Origin: Gammaproteobacteria bacterium
GTDB taxonomy: Bacteria > Pseudomonadota > Gammaproteobacteria > S012-40
Assembly: GCA_015491615.1 (NCBI GenBank)
Contig: WFVN01000288.1
Span: forward strand, 1-46,356
DNA: 46,356 bases
Reading direction: 5' to 3'
Shown: piece after piece, positions 1-13,251 of the stretch
How the letters are laid out: each line of letters starts with the position of its first letter
Numbering within the stretch: position 1 is the stretch's first letter
Translations under genes and position numbers: made by a program
The notes under the pieces: generated by a model
What the model saw: the letters and a program-made list of their open reading frames with translations, nothing else
Databases searched by the model: none
Told to the model about the DNA's origin: nothing

Positions 1-90
1 ACCGTCACCTACGACCTGGCCCGCCTCATGCCCAGCGCGCGGGAACTCAGCACCCGCGACTTCGCCGAGGCCGTGGTGGAGCACATATGA
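1..90 (+). CDS. icd: isocitrate dehydrogenase (NADP), C-terminal fragment; gene begins upstream of the window
   Basis: Frame 1 reads TVTYDLARLMPSARELSTRDFAEAVVEHI then TGA at 88-90. This resembles the conserved Icd C-terminus (VTYDFxRLM ... F..A..E..). Absent from the ORF track because it is truncated by the window edge. icd next to clpS-clpA is a common arrangement. Confidence 0.6.
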   Translation, partial: TVTYDLARLMPSARELSTRDFAEAVVEHI

Positions 91-236
91 CCCGACCCCC
101 GCTCCGCCGTCCGGGCAGGGCGCTTGTGGGCAGGAAACCCGCGAATTATTTTATGGTCTATACCGACTCCGAGAGCGGCCCGAATCGTCGCGGAATCTGG
201 CACAACGACCCACTGAAGGCGATTAAATAAATCCCG

Positions 237-560
237 ATGAGTGACGATCAATACGGTAACGGCACGGATCAGGGCCTGGAGGTCCAAGAGGCCCGACCCA
301 GGCTGAAACGGCCGCCGATGTACAAGGTGGTCCTGCTGAACGACGACTTCACGCCCATGGACTTCGTGGTGCTCATATTGGAACGGTTCTTCGGCATGGA
401 CAGGGAGCGTGCCACCCGCGTCATGCTCCAGGTCCACACCCAGGGCAAGGGCGTCTGCGGCATCTACAGCCGCGAGATCGCCGAAACCAAAGTGGCGCAG
501 GTGAACGACTACGCCCGGGCCCACGAGCATCCACTGTTGTGCACCATGGAAAAGGCCTAG
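237..560 (+). CDS. clpS: ATP-dependent Clp protease adaptor ClpS
   Basis: 107-aa ORF with the ClpS core ([27 protein letters not shown] ... [17 protein letters not shown]), directly upstream of clpA. Confidence 0.95.
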   Translation: MSDDQYGNGTDQGLEVQEARPRLKRPPMYKVVLLNDDFTPMDFVVLILERFFGMDRERATRVMLQVHTQGKGVCGIYSREIAETKVAQVNDYARAHEHPLLCTMEKA

Positions 561-587
561 GGGCAACCAAGACGCAGGCGAATCATC

Positions 588-2855
588 ATGATCAGCAAAG
601 AACTGGAGCAAACGCTCAACCAGGCATTCAAGGAGGCGCGCGAGAAGCGCCACGAATTCGTGACCGTCGAGCACCTGCTCCTGGCGCTGACGGAAAATCA
701 GGATGCCGCCACGGCGCTCAAGGCCTGCGGTGCCGACATCGAGCGGCTGAAAAGCGAGCTGGAGACCTTCGTCGACGAGACCACGCCGCAGCTCCATGAA
801 GAAGACGGGCGTGAGACCCAGCCCACCCTCGGTTTTCAACGGGTGCTCCAGCGGGCCGTGTTCCAGGTCCAGTCCTCCGGCAAGAAGGAGGTCACCGGCG
901 TCAACGTCCTGGTGGCCATCTTCAGCGAGCAGGAATCGCAGGCGGTGTATCTGCTCAACAAGCAGAACATCACCCGCCTGGACGTGGTGAATTACATCTC
1001 CCACGGCATCTCCAAGGTCCACGGCGAGGACGACAACCCCGGTCTCGGGCACATGTCCGAGGAGGAGGGCGGGCAGGAAGGTACCGCCAACACCCCTTTG
1101 GAGAACTACGCCACCAATCTCAACGAACAAGCCCGCAAGGGGCGTATCGACCCCCTCATCGGCCGCGAAAGCGAAGTGGAGCGGGCCATCCAGGTCCTCT
1201 GCCGGCGGCGCAAGAACAACCCGCTGCTGGTGGGTGAGGCGGGCGTGGGCAAGACCGCCATCGCCGAGGGGCTGGCCAAGAAGATCGTCGAGGGTGAGGT
1301 GCCCGAGATCCTCGCCGACGCCACCATCTACGCCCTGGACATGGGTGCCCTGCTGGCCGGTACCAAGTACCGCGGCGACTTCGAAAAACGCCTCAAGGCC
1401 CTGCTCAAACAACTGGAAAAAGAGCCTGGGGCCATCCTGTTCATCGACGAGATCCACACCATCATCGGGGCCGGTGCCGCCTCCGGCGGCGTCATGGACG
1501 CTTCCAACCTCATCAAACCCATGCTCGCCTCCGGCCAACTCAAATGCATCGGCGCCACCACCTACCAGGAATACCGGGGCATCTTTGAGAAGGACCGCGC
1601 CCTCGCGCGGCGCTTCCAGAAGATCGACGTGCACGAACCCTCGGTGGAGGACACCTACAAAATCCTCCAGGGGCTCAAGGAACGCTTCGAGGCCCACCAC
1701 GGCGTGCGCTTCACCCGCCCGGCCTTGAAACGGGCCGCGGAACTGGCGGACCGCCACATCTCCGATCGACAACTGCCGGACAAGGCCATCGACGTCATCG
1801 ACGAGGCCGGTGCCCGCCAGCGTCTGCTACCCCCCAGCAAGCGCAAGAAGGTCATCGGCGTCAGCGAGATCGAAGACATCGTCGCCAAGATCGCCCGCAT
1901 CCCGTCGAAGCAGATCAGCCGCGACGACGTGGAGGCCCTGCGCAACCTGGAGCGCGACCTGAAAATGGTCGTGTTCGGGCAAGACGAGGCCATCGAGGCC
2001 CTGGCCAGCGCCATCAAGATGGCCCGCTCCGGCCTGCGGGACGAGAGCAAGCCCATCGGTTCGTTCCTGTTCGCCGGTCCCACCGGGGTGGGGAAGACGG
2101 AAGTCTCGCGCCAATTGGCCAACACCCTGGGCATCGAGCTGGTGCGCTTCGACATGTCCGAATACATGGAGCGTCATACCGTATCACGCCTCATCGGCGC
2201 CCCGCCGGGATACGTGGGCTACGACCAGGGGGGGCTGCTCACCGAGGCCATCAACCAGCACCCCTACGCCGTGCTACTCCTGGACGAGATCGAAAAGGCC
2301 CACCCGGACGTGTTCAACATCCTCCTGCAGGTGATGGACCACGGCTCCCTCACCGACACCAACGGGCGCAAGACCGATTTTCGCAACGTCATCATCATCA
2401 TGACCACCAATGCCGGGGCAGAGCAAATGAGCCGCGCCTCCATCGGCTTCCAGCAACAGGACCACTCGGGGGACAGCATGGCGGCCATCAAACACCTGTT
2501 CACCCCGGAATTCCGCAACCGCCTGGATGCCATCATCCAGTTCAAACCCCTGGGCACCGAAACCATCCGCCACGTGGTGGACAAGTTCATCTCCCAGCTG
2601 GAAGCCCAGCTCATGGAACGCAACGTCACTCTAGAATTGAGCGATGCAGCGCGGGACTGGCTGGCCGAGCGGGGTTACGACGCCACCATGGGCGCCCGGC
2701 CCATGGCGCGGGTGGTCAGCGAGCACATCAAGAAACCCCTTGCCGAAGAGCTCCTGTTCGGACGCCTGGCCAAGGGAGGCGGTCGCGTTCGGATCGAAAT
2801 GGAAGACGGAGCACTGAAACTGGACATCGAAGAGAAGGAAACCGTCACCCACTGA
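588..2855 (+). CDS. clpA: ATP-dependent Clp protease ATP-binding subunit ClpA
   Basis: 755 aa. Clp N-domain, two AAA modules with Walker A GEAGVGKT and GPTGVGKT, Walker B LFIDEIH / [10 protein letters not shown]. Confidence 0.97.
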   Translation: MISKELEQTLNQAFKEAREKRHEFVTVEHLLLALTENQDAATALKACGADIERLKSELETFVDETTPQLHEEDGRETQPTLGFQRVLQRAVFQVQSSGKKEVTGVNVLVAIFSEQESQAVYLLNKQNITRLDVVNYISHGISKVHGEDDNPGLGHMSEEEGGQEGTANTPLENYATNLNEQARKGRIDPLIGRESEVERAIQVLCRRRKNNPLLVGEAGVGKTAIAEGLAKKIVEGEVPEILADATIYALDMGALLAGTKYRGDFEKRLKALLKQLEKEPGAILFIDEIHTIIGAGAASGGVMDASNLIKPMLASGQLKCIGATTYQEYRGIFEKDRALARRFQKIDVHEPSVEDTYKILQGLKERFEAHHGVRFTRPALKRAAELADRHISDRQLPDKAIDVIDEAGARQRLLPPSKRKKVIGVSEIEDIVAKIARIPSKQISRDDVEALRNLERDLKMVVFGQDEAIEALASAIKMARSGLRDESKPIGSFLFAGPTGVGKTEVSRQLANTLGIELVRFDMSEYMERHTVSRLIGAPPGYVGYDQGGLLTEAINQHPYAVLLLDEIEKAHPDVFNILLQVMDHGSLTDTNGRKTDFRNVIIIMTTNAGAEQMSRASIGFQQQDHSGDSMAAIKHLFTPEFRNRLDAIIQFKPLGTETIRHVVDKFISQLEAQLMERNVTLELSDAARDWLAERGYDATMGARPMARVVSEHIKKPLAEELLFGRLAKGGGRVRIEMEDGALKLDIEEKETVTH

Positions 2856-2898
2856 GAAAAAAAAGGTTCCTCTCGATTGAGTCCTTCACCCTGCCACG

Positions 2899-2923
2899 CC
2901 TGGGGCCCCGGCGGGGTTTTTTT
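2899..2923 (+). terminator. possible intrinsic terminator after clpA (weak stem, T7 tract)
   Basis: GCCTGGGGCCCCGGCGGGG followed by TTTTTTT. The G/C stem is short and ambiguous, and the T tract overlaps the infA stop codon on the other strand. Confidence 0.4.
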
Positions 2924-3140
2924 ACTTGGCGCGATAGACGATGCGTCCCTTGGTGAGATCGTAGGGCGTGAGCTGAACGACCACCCGGTCCCCCGTCAGG
3001 ATGCGGATGTAATGTTTACGCATCTTCCCAGAAATGTGGGCAGTGACCACGTGGCCGTTGTCCAATTTCACTCTGAACATGGTGTTGGGAAGGGTCTCGA
3101 TGACCGTCCCTTCCATTTCGATACTTTCTTCCTTCGCCAT
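2922..3140 (-). CDS. infA: translation initiation factor IF-1
   Basis: 72-aa product [72 protein letters not shown]. Internal ATG at 3140 of track ORF 2922..3446; the upstream extension is not IF-1-like. Confidence 0.95.
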   Translation of the reverse strand: MAKEESIEMEGTVIETLPNTMFRVKLDNGHVVTAHISGKMRKHYIRILTGDRVVVQLTPYDLTKGRIVYRAK

Positions 3141-3306
3141 GGATATCGCTCCAAATCTGTACCGAATACGACTCGATGAGCGCGGATTATACGTTTTCCC
3201 CCCGCCATTTCCTAGCGAGGCAATCAGGTGGGAATTATCCGGCGTCTTCACATCCTTTCCGCTATAATAGGCGCCCCAGATCGCTGGATTGTGGACGGTA
3301 GAATCC

Positions 3307-3606
3307 ATGGAGCTCGACAAGAACGAAGTCATCGTCATCAAAGGTGTCACCAGAGACGGCCGACGCTTTCGCCCCAGCGACTGGGCGCAGCGCCTCTCTA
3401 CCGCTGCAGCAGCCATGGTACCCGCCCCGCCGCAAGCCGCACGCAAGGCAAGACGTCCGTTTCACCCCAAGGTCAACACCGCCATCATCGACGGGATCAA
3501 CAGCGTCGTGGTGGAAAAATCCTTGGCTGAAGAAGATCAGCGCCTATACAAATTTTTGATCAACTTCGCAAAGGAAAACGACCTACTGATCGAAGGCCTG
3601 GATTGA
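3307..3606 (+). CDS. DUF3579-family protein
   Basis: [10 protein letters not shown] and [12 protein letters not shown] match the two conserved blocks I recall for DUF3579. I chose the ATG at 3307 over the TTG at 3289 used by the track. A TATAAT hexamer lies at 3263-3268. Confidence 0.75.
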   Translation: MELDKNEVIVIKGVTRDGRRFRPSDWAQRLSTAAAAMVPAPPQAARKARRPFHPKVNTAIIDGINSVVVEKSLAEEDQRLYKFLINFAKENDLLIEGLD

Positions 3607-3648
3607 CGGAATTTTCCTGCATTTCCTCGATCATGCCTCCAAGGAGGA

Positions 3649-4125
3649 TCAACGCCTTTCCGCCTTGTCCTCTCCTTCGTCGCTCCAATTCTTGATAAAA
3701 AACTTCAACATCTTGTTTTCGTAACTGATCTCGTCCAGCAGGGCATGCACCAAATCACTCATGGAGATCATGCCGCAGATGGTGCCGTCTCCGTCCACGA
3801 CCGGTAGATGGCGGATTCGCTGACTAGTGGGATTCTCCAGCATCAGCGCCATGGCCTCTTGCAGCTCCACCTCGCCCGGGCAGGTGACCAGACGTCTGCT
3901 CATGACCGAAGCGACGGACACCTCGGTGACCGCCGCCCCATGTTCACCCAAGGCCTTCAACACGTCACGTTCGGTGACGATACCGATGGGTCGGTCGCCC
4001 TCGAACACGAACAGCGCACCCGTGCCGGCCTCGGCCATACGTTTGGCCGCCTCATGCAAGGTCGACTGCGGGACGATGCCGACGATTTCTCGACCCTTCT
4101 TATCCAGCACGTCGATGATGCGCAT
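3649..4125 (-). CDS. CBS-domain pair protein
   Basis: 158 aa with two CBS repeats (IVTERDVLKAL ... ; MISMSDLVHALL). Confidence 0.85.
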   Translation of the reverse strand: MRIIDVLDKKGREIVGIVPQSTLHEAAKRMAEAGTGALFVFEGDRPIGIVTERDVLKALGEHGAAVTEVSVASVMSRRLVTCPGEVELQEAMALMLENPTSQRIRHLPVVDGDGTICGMISMSDLVHALLDEISYENKMLKFFIKNWSDEGEDKAERR

Positions 4126-4154
4126 GATAAACTCCCCCTGGAAAATCCATCGCG

Positions 4155-4532
4155 TTGCTCCATATTAACATGATTATCGCCTTGATCGATCTTTTGTTCA
4201 TATTGTTCATGTCTTTGATTTATATAGACATTCCTCCGCTTATCGTGGGATTGTCCGTGCGTGGCCTCGATTTCATCCTGGAGCCGATGAACGCGTTTCT
4301 GGCCATGTCGACAGGGCAGGTGGTCTACCTCACTGTGATGTGGTTACGGCGACGGCGACACGGCTACAACGTGCCTCTATTTCTTTCTGCCATGGGGGCA
4401 GGAGGTGTGTTTCTCGGTATCTTCGTCTCGCCGCCACTGGTGATGGCGGGAACGGTGGTGCAAATCGTCGCTTGGGTGCTGGATGCAAAGACCCAAGAGT
4501 CCACTATGGAAAAGGGGGTCAAAGCACGATAA
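4155..4532 (+). CDS. hypothetical small integral membrane protein (start uncertain)
   Basis: 125-aa ORF with 3-4 hydrophobic helices and no recognisable family. The 5' part is visibly A/T-rich. Only 29 nt from the divergent CBS gene, so a downstream start is possible. Confidence 0.45.
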   Translation: MLHINMIIALIDLLFILFMSLIYIDIPPLIVGLSVRGLDFILEPMNAFLAMSTGQVVYLTVMWLRRRRHGYNVPLFLSAMGAGGVFLGIFVSPPLVMAGTVVQIVAWVLDAKTQESTMEKGVKAR

Positions 4533-4590
4533 TATTTTTCCGTCCATCACAACCAACCATCCATCAACCACGAACAAAGGGGGACCTACC

Positions 4591-4695
4591 ATGCCGAGAC
4601 CCGACGACGGTACGGAAGTACAGGGCATCTTGTGGATTGTGTTCACCATTCTCTACGCCGCCTTGGCCATTTTCGTCCTGGCCAACGCGGCATGA
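4591..4695 (+). CDS. candidate 34-aa single-TM mini-protein
   Basis: ATG at 4591 preceded by AAGGGGGA. Product MPRPDDGTEVQGILWIVFTILYAALAIFVLANAA. The stop is embedded in a 17-bp hairpin. Confidence 0.4.
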   Translation: MPRPDDGTEVQGILWIVFTILYAALAIFVLANAA

Positions 4696-4737
4696 CGCAA
4701 AGAAACCCCGGGATGTCCCGCCGGGGTTTCTTTGCGT
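4695..4737. terminator. perfect 17-bp inverted repeat (hairpin, no clear U tract)
   Basis: ACGCAAAGAAACCCCGG (4695-4711) pairs perfectly with CCGGGGTTTCTTTGCGT (4721-4737), with a 9-nt loop. Confidence 0.55.
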
Positions 4738-4835
4738 TACATCCACTTTACATAATATACATTATGCGAAATTACGTGTCCTGCGGCCGATCGATCGTCT
4801 TGATGATGATGCGCCCCCTTCTTCCCGGGGGCCAT

Positions 4836-4872
4836 GCAAAAAGCCGAGGGTTGGGCGCCCTCGGCTTTTTGC
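4836..4872. terminator. bidirectional intrinsic terminator downstream of pnp
   Basis: GCAAAAAGCCGAGGG / CCCTCGGCTTTTTGC, 15-bp arms and 7-nt loop. The A and T runs give a U tract on either strand. It lies 22 nt past the pnp stop. Confidence 0.8.
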
Positions 4873-4893
4873 CGGTGATGGTGAACGGTCGGA

Positions 4894-6987
4894 TCAAGTG
4901 ACGTCTTGGGGGACGCCCTTCATGCTCAGGCGGATGCGCCCCTGCTTGTCCACCTCCAGGACCTTGACGCGGACGATGTCTCCCTCCTTGAGTTTGTCGA
5001 TTACGTTGTTCACGCGCTCGTCGGAAATCTGGGAGATGTGTACGAGACCGTCCTTGCCGGGCAGGATGTTGACGAAGGCGCCGAAGTCCATGATCTTGGT
5101 GACCTTGCCGGTGTAGGTCGCCCCCACTTCCACGTCTGCGGTGAGGGCCTCGATCATTTCCTTGGCCTTGTTGGCGGCGCTCTTGTCGGACGAGGCGATC
5201 TTCACCGTGCCGTCGTCGGCGATGTCGATGGTGGTGCCGGTCTCCTCGGTGATGGAGCGGATGGTCGCCCCACCCTTGCCGATCACGTCACGGATGCGAT
5301 CGGGATTGATCTTCATGGTGACGTAGCGCGGGGCGTATTCGGACATCTCCTCACGCGGTTCGGCAATGACGGCGCTCATGAGCCCGAGGATGTGCTTGCG
5401 GGCACGATGGGCCTTTTCCAGGGCCACCGACATGATGTCACGGTCGATGCCTTCGATCTTGATGTCCATCTGCAGAGCGGTCACCCCCTTGGCGGTGCCG
5501 GCTACTTTGAAATCCATGTCACCCAAGTGGTCTTCGTCACCCAGGATGTCGGTGAGGACGGCGAACTGATCGCCTTCCTTGATGAGCCCCATGGCGATAC
5601 CCGCCACCGGCGCCTTGATGGGCACGCCGGCATCCATGAGGGACAGGGAGGTGCCGCAGACGGTGGCCATGGAGCTGGAACCGTTGGATTCAGTGATCTC
5701 CGAGACCACGCGGATGGAGTAAGGGTATTTGTCCAGGCTGGGCATGACGGCCATAAGGGCGCGCTTGGCCAGTTTGCCGTGGCCGATCTCGCGCCGCTTG
5801 GGGCTGCCCACCATGCCCGTCTCCCCCACTGAATACGGGGGGAAGTTGTAGTGCAGAATAAAGGGATCGCGATATTCGCCACCGATGGCGTCGATGAGCT
5901 GGGCCTCGCGCTCGGTGCCCAAAGTGGTGACCACCAGGGCTTGGGTCTCGCCACGGGTAAACAGGGCTGAGCCATGGGTGCGCCGTAACAGCCCCACCTT
6001 GATGCGGATGGGGCGGACGGTGTCGTTATCGCGTCCGTCGATCCGGGGCTCGCCCCGCAGGATACGCCCGCGTACGATCTCTTTTTCCTGCGATTCCAAG
6101 ATCTTGTGAACGGTTTTTTCGTCCCAACGTTCGGGCACTTCCTGAGTCAGCCGGGCGACCACCTCGTTGTGCACCTGGTTGATAGCCTCTCGACGGGCCT
6201 GTTTTTCGTGGATCTGGTAGGCGGCGATCAGCTTGTCCTCGGCCAGCGTCCGCACGCGTTGCACGAGCTCCTCGTCCTCCAGCGGCGGCTGCCAGTCCCA
6301 GTCGGGCTTGCCTGCCTCGGCCTTCAGCTCGGTGATGGCGTCGATGACGACCTGCATCTGTTCGTGGCCGAACATGACCGCGCCCAGCATCACCGATTCG
6401 TCCAGTTCCTTGGCCTCGGATTCCACCATGAGCACGGCGCCGCGGGTGCCTGCCACGACCAGGTCCAGGTCGGAGGAAGCCATTTGCGTGGCGGTGGGAT
6501 TGAGAATGTATTCTCCGTCCGCATAGCCCACTCGGCAGGCGCCCAGCGGCCCATGGAAAGGCACCCCGGCGAGGCTGACGGCGGCGGAGGCCCCGATCAT
6601 GGCGGGGATGTCCGGGTCGATCTCCGGATCCAACGAGATGACCGTAGCGATCACCTGGACCTCGTTGTAGAACCCCTTGGGGAACAAGGGGCGCAGAGGG
6701 CGGTCGATGAGCCGCGAGGTGAGGGTCTCCTTCTCGGAGGGGCGCCCTTCCCGCTTGAAGAAACCACCGGGAATCTTGCCCGCCGCGTAGGTGCGCTCCT
6801 GGTAGTTCACCGTGAGGGGGAAGAAATCCCGCCCCTCAGCGGGTTCCTTGGCGGCGACGCAGGTGACGAGCACGGTGGTATCACCCATGCTCACCATGAC
6901 GGCGCCGGTGGCCTGGCGGGCGATCTCGCCGGTTTCTAGGGTGACGGTGTGCTGTCCGAAGGTGAAGGTCTTGGTGACTGGTTCCAC
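4894..6987 (-). CDS. pnp: polyribonucleotide nucleotidyltransferase (PNPase)
   Basis: 697 aa. Two RNase PH domains, then KH and S1 domains ([27 protein letters not shown]). GTG start at 6987 with AAGGAAAC 6 nt upstream. Confidence 0.98.
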   Translation of the reverse strand: MEPVTKTFTFGQHTVTLETGEIARQATGAVMVSMGDTTVLVTCVAAKEPAEGRDFFPLTVNYQERTYAAGKIPGGFFKREGRPSEKETLTSRLIDRPLRPLFPKGFYNEVQVIATVISLDPEIDPDIPAMIGASAAVSLAGVPFHGPLGACRVGYADGEYILNPTATQMASSDLDLVVAGTRGAVLMVESEAKELDESVMLGAVMFGHEQMQVVIDAITELKAEAGKPDWDWQPPLEDEELVQRVRTLAEDKLIAAYQIHEKQARREAINQVHNEVVARLTQEVPERWDEKTVHKILESQEKEIVRGRILRGEPRIDGRDNDTVRPIRIKVGLLRRTHGSALFTRGETQALVVTTLGTEREAQLIDAIGGEYRDPFILHYNFPPYSVGETGMVGSPKRREIGHGKLAKRALMAVMPSLDKYPYSIRVVSEITESNGSSSMATVCGTSLSLMDAGVPIKAPVAGIAMGLIKEGDQFAVLTDILGDEDHLGDMDFKVAGTAKGVTALQMDIKIEGIDRDIMSVALEKAHRARKHILGLMSAVIAEPREEMSEYAPRYVTMKINPDRIRDVIGKGGATIRSITEETGTTIDIADDGTVKIASSDKSAANKAKEMIEALTADVEVGATYTGKVTKIMDFGAFVNILPGKDGLVHISQISDERVNNVIDKLKEGDIVRVKVLEVDKQGRIRLSMKGVPQDVT

Positions 6988-7015
6988 GCTGGTTTCCTTG
7001 GGGCTGGGCGGGGGC

Positions 7016-7285
7016 TTACTTTCTCAGGCCGAGGCGGGAGATGAGCTCGCGGTAACGCTGGATGTCCTTGCGCTTGAGGTAGTCCAGGAGTTTGCGGCGC
7101 TGGTTGACCATCTTCAGGAGGCCCTGACGGGAGTGGTGGTCGTGCTTGTGGGTCTTGAAGTGTTCGGCCAGGTCGTCGATGCGCGCGGACAGCAGGGCCA
7201 CCTGGACCTCGGGGGAACCGGTGTCCCCCGGCTTGCGTTGAAATTCCTCGACGATCTTTTGTTTCTGCTCTGCGTTCAGCGTCAT
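7016..7285 (-). CDS. rpsO: 30S ribosomal protein S15
   Basis: 89-aa product [71 protein letters not shown]... ATG at 7285 preceded by AAAGGAG. Confidence 0.97.
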   Translation of the reverse strand: MTLNAEQKQKIVEEFQRKPGDTGSPEVQVALLSARIDDLAEHFKTHKHDHHSRQGLLKMVNQRRKLLDYLKRKDIQRYRELISRLGLRK

Positions 7286-7330
7286 GATTTCGCTCCTTTC
7301 AATGATTCGGTCGTTCAAAATTCCGGCCAG

Positions 7331-7358
7331 ATTCTACCATGTTGCGGCGTAGGTTCGA
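7331..7358 (-). promoter_or_regulatory. candidate sigma70 promoter for rpsO (extended -10)
   Basis: Minus strand reads TCGAAC, 16 nt, TGGTAGAAT (TGn + TAGAAT), about 45 nt upstream of the rpsO ATG. Confidence 0.45.
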
Positions 7359-7365
7359 TGGGCGC

Positions 7366-8295
7366 TCAGGCCACTTTCACGAGCCGTCGCGGGGCCACGC
7401 GGCCGTCATCAATGATTTCCCCCACGCCGAGGAAGCGGTCCTCCTCGTAAAGGCGCACCCAACCTTCCGTGGGCGCCCGCGGCACGAGCACCGGCTGCCC
7501 CATGCGCAGGTAGTAAGCGGCATCACCTTTGAGCTGGACGCCGGGCCAGTCGCGCAGGGCCTCGCCCATGGGTAGCAGGTAGCGGTCCAGATCCTGGGGA
7601 GTCCCGGCCTTCCAGATCTGCCGGAGGTTCTCCAGGGTGACGGCGTCGTCCACCCTCAGGGCCCCCACCTCGGTTCGGCGTAGCTCGCTCACATGACCGC
7701 CGCAACCCAGTGCCTCGCCGATGTCCTCGGCCAGGGTGCGGACGTAGGTGCCCTTGCTGCAACGGATGTCGAGCAGCAGACGGTCCCTATCCAGGGAGAT
7801 CAGCTCCAGGGCATGGATGGTGACGCGCCGGGGCTCGCGGGCGACTTCCTTGCCTTGATGAGCCAGTTTGTAGAGAGGCTCACCTTTGTATTTGATGGCC
7901 GAGTGCATGGGTGGGATCTGTTCGATCTCGCCACGGAAACGCGTCAGGACCGACTCCACCGTGGCCGCATCCAGGGGCGGGACCGGGCGCGTCTCCACTA
8001 CCTCCCCCTCCGCGTCACCAGTGGTGGTTTTCACCCCTAGCTTGATCTCGGTGAGGTAGCGTTTGTCGGCATTGAGGAGGTAGGCGGAAATCTTGGTTGC
8101 CTCGCCGAAACAGAGAGGCAGCAAACCCGTGGCCAAGGGATCCAGGCTGCCGGTGTGTCCTCCTTTGCGTGCATCGAGCAGGCGCTTGACGGCCTGGAGG
8201 GCGGCGTTGGAAGTCACGCCCTTGGGCTTGTCCAAGAGGAGAACGCCATCGACCAGGCGTCCGCGCTGTCTTTTCTTTCCCACGGATCGGGTCAC
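7366..8295 (-). CDS. truB: tRNA pseudouridine(55) synthase TruB
   Basis: 309 aa with the catalytic-Asp motif GHTGSLDPLATG. 4-nt overlap with the rbfA stop. Confidence 0.95.
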   Translation of the reverse strand: MTRSVGKKRQRGRLVDGVLLLDKPKGVTSNAALQAVKRLLDARKGGHTGSLDPLATGLLPLCFGEATKISAYLLNADKRYLTEIKLGVKTTTGDAEGEVVETRPVPPLDAATVESVLTRFRGEIEQIPPMHSAIKYKGEPLYKLAHQGKEVAREPRRVTIHALELISLDRDRLLLDIRCSKGTYVRTLAEDIGEALGCGGHVSELRRTEVGALRVDDAVTLENLRQIWKAGTPQDLDRYLLPMGEALRDWPGVQLKGDAAYYLRMGQPVLVPRAPTEGWVRLYEEDRFLGVGEIIDDGRVAPRRLVKVA

Positions 8296-8660
8296 TCCTG
8301 TTCTTCGTCCTTCTTGGCGCCTGAAACGGCCTCGTCGATGAGACGACTGAGCCGCTGGCCGCGCTCGATGGTTTCGTCCAGTTGGAAACGCAGCTCAGGG
8401 AGGCTACGCAGATCGAGCACCTGCCCCAGTCGATGGCGCAGGCGGCCGGCGCGTTTGCGCAGATGCGCCAACCCTTCGGCCTCGTCGGGGCTATTGAACA
8501 GGCTCACGTACACGCGCGCGTAGGAGAAATCCCGGCTCACCTCCACCGCCGAGATGGTGGGCATTCCCAGGAAGGGGTCGTCCATCTCCCGGGTGATGAT
8601 CTGGGCCAGGGCGCGCTGCATGAGATGCTCCACCCGGCGCCGGCGCTGTTCAGAGGCCAT
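8292..8660 (-). CDS. rbfA: ribosome-binding factor A
   Basis: 122 aa, RbfA-like (RVEHLMQRALAQIITREMDDP...), in the canonical position between infB and truB. Confidence 0.93.
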   Translation of the reverse strand: MASEQRRRRVEHLMQRALAQIITREMDDPFLGMPTISAVEVSRDFSYARVYVSLFNSPDEAEGLAHLRKRAGRLRHRLGQVLDLRSLPELRFQLDETIERGQRLSRLIDEAVSGAKKDEEQE

Positions 8661-8663
8661 GAC

Positions 8664-11141
<2,478 letters not shown>

Positions 11142-11159
11142 ATTCGACTCCAGCTTTCC

Positions 11160-12659
11160 TTACTGGTGCGCCTCGGCGAACCAGGGTTCGCGGGCCTTCA
11201 TGATCAACTTGGCCGCCCGTTCCTCGTCCATCCCTTCAATGTCCATGAGGTCGTCCACCGACTGCTCGGCGAGGTCCTCCATGGTCTTGATGCCCCTCTC
11301 GCCCAGAAGACGGGCCAAGTGGGGATCCATGCCCTCCATCTCCAGGAGATCCGGTTCCACGCCGGTCTCGGTGAGGGCCTCTTCCTTGGCAATGGCGCGC
11401 GTGATGAGAGCGTCCTTGGCGCGACGGCGCAGTTCCTCAACGATATCTTCGTCGAACTCTTCGATCTGGAGCATCTCTTGGGCAGGCACATAAGCCACCT
11501 CTTCGATGGTGGTAAACCCTTCGTCCACCAGGATGGAGGCCACCTCTTCGTCCACGTCCAGTTGTTCCATGAACAACCGGCGGATGGCCTGTGCCTCCTT
11601 GTCGCGTTTTTCCTGTGCCTCTTCCTCGGTCATGATGTTGAGGGTCCAACCGGTCAGCTCGCTGGCCAGGCGCACGTTCTGGCCGCCGCGACCGATGGCG
11701 ATGGAGAGCTGGTCCTCGCTGACGGCGACGTCCATGCTGTGGGCATCCTCGTCGACGATGATGGAGACGATTTCCGCCGGCGACAGGGCGTTGAGGACGA
11801 ATTGGGCGGGGTTCTCGTCCCAGAGGACGATGTCTACCCGCTCACCCGCCAATTCGTTGGACACCGCCTGTACGCGGGAACCGCGCATGCCGACGCAAGC
11901 GCCAACGGGATCGACACGCGGATCGTTGGAACGCACGGCGATCTTGGCGCGCGAGCCGGGGTCGCGGGCGGCACCCATGATGTCGATGAGCCCCTCGCCG
12001 ATCTCCGGCACCTCGATCTTGAACAACTCGATGAGGAACTCCGGGCAGGTGCGGCTGATGAACAATTGCGGCCCGCGCGGCTCGGAGCGCACGTCGCGCA
12101 GGTAGCCGCGCACGCGATCGCCGGGACGCAGGCTCTCACGCGGGATGAGCTCCTCACGGTAGATGATGCCCTCGGCATTGTTGTTGAGGTCGACGATGAC
12201 GTTGCCCTTGTCGATGCGTTTCACCTGGCCGATGACAATCTCGCCCTTGCGGTCACGGAAGAGCTCGACCATCTTCGCCCGTTCCGCCTCGCGCACCTTC
12301 TGGACGATGACCTGCTTGGCGGTCTGGGCGCCGATGCGGCCGAACTCCACCGCCTTGATGGGTTCCTCGATGTAGCCCCCCACCTCGATGTCGTGCTGGC
12401 GCTCACGAGCCTCGCTGAGGCGAATCTGTCGGTCGGGCTCGAACTCCTCCGCATCGTCGGGGACCACTTCCCAACGCCGAAAGGCTTGGTATTCGCCGGT
12501 GTCCCGGTCGATGGCCACGCGCACGTCTACATCGCCCTCGAAGCGCTTCTTAGTGGCCGTGGCCAGGGCGGCCTCCACCGCCCCGAAGATGACTTCTTTG
12601 TCCACGCCCTTCTCGTTGGACACCACCGTCACAACGGTGAGAATCTCTTTGCCGTTCAT
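11160..12659 (-). CDS. nusA: transcription termination/antitermination factor NusA
   Basis: 499 aa with S1, KH1/KH2 and C-terminal acidic repeat regions, in canonical operon position. Confidence 0.98.
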   Translation of the reverse strand: MNGKEILTVVTVVSNEKGVDKEVIFGAVEAALATATKKRFEGDVDVRVAIDRDTGEYQAFRRWEVVPDDAEEFEPDRQIRLSEARERQHDIEVGGYIEEPIKAVEFGRIGAQTAKQVIVQKVREAERAKMVELFRDRKGEIVIGQVKRIDKGNVIVDLNNNAEGIIYREELIPRESLRPGDRVRGYLRDVRSEPRGPQLFISRTCPEFLIELFKIEVPEIGEGLIDIMGAARDPGSRAKIAVRSNDPRVDPVGACVGMRGSRVQAVSNELAGERVDIVLWDENPAQFVLNALSPAEIVSIIVDEDAHSMDVAVSEDQLSIAIGRGGQNVRLASELTGWTLNIMTEEEAQEKRDKEAQAIRRLFMEQLDVDEEVASILVDEGFTTIEEVAYVPAQEMLQIEEFDEDIVEELRRRAKDALITRAIAKEEALTETGVEPDLLEMEGMDPHLARLLGERGIKTMEDLAEQSVDDLMDIEGMDEERAAKLIMKAREPWFAEAHQ

Positions 12660-12684
12660 CTTGTCTTTCGCCTCCTGCCCGCGT

Positions 12685-13140
12685 TCACCATTCGGGCACC
12701 AGATTCGCCTTCTCCACCCGGTTCAGAGGCAGCGAGACCGTCTCGCCGTCCACCGCCAGGTGCAGTATCCCCTCTTCGGCGCCGACGATGACGCCGACGA
12801 AATTCTTTCTTCCCTCCAGCGGCTCGACCAAGCGTACCTTGCACCGCTGGCCCGCAAAACGCTGGAAATGGGCCGGCTTGAACAATGGTCGGTCCAGGCC
12901 GGGCGAGGACACCTCCAGGTTGTACTCGCCGGGGATGGGGTCCTCCACGTCCAGCAGGGCACTCACTTCGCGGCTCACCGCCTCGCAATCCTCAATGGTG
13001 ATGCCATCGGGATGGTCGATGTAGAGACGCAACACGGAGTGCCGTCCCTGAGGTAAATATTCCACCCCCAGGAGTTCGTATCCGAGGTCCTCGACCGCAG
13101 GAGCCAGGAGCGTTTCCAATCGACTGTTCTTGTTTGCCAT
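12685..13140 (-). CDS. rimP: ribosome maturation factor RimP
   Basis: 151 aa from the internal ATG at 13140 ([29 protein letters not shown] ... [14 protein letters not shown] ... KANLVPEW). This aligns end to end with RimP as I recall it. The GTG extension to 13218 in the track is not RimP-like. Confidence 0.9.
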   Translation of the reverse strand: MANKNSRLETLLAPAVEDLGYELLGVEYLPQGRHSVLRLYIDHPDGITIEDCEAVSREVSALLDVEDPIPGEYNLEVSSPGLDRPLFKPAHFQRFAGQRCKVRLVEPLEGRKNFVGVIVGAEEGILHLAVDGETVSLPLNRVEKANLVPEW

Positions 13141-13165
13141 AAACAAAAAATGGGCCACGGGCCCA
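13141..13165 (-). terminator. terminator-like hairpin T2 abutting the rimP start codon
   Basis: Minus strand: TGGGCC-cgt-GGCCCA followed by TTTTTTGTTT, then the rimP ATG. There is no Shine-Dalgarno in between. Confidence 0.45.
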
Positions 13166-13251
13166 CTCTCGACATGGACGAGGGCCGACCACCCTCTTCC
13201 GTCTTCAACCTCCCCCACCGTGGTGCGGGGGGCATGGGCGCCGTCCGTAAT

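Noticed and set aside
9-1772. 587-aa ORF on the minus strand
   Set aside because: Antisense shadow of clpS/clpA. It has repetitive G/A/V/L/D composition and no start context.
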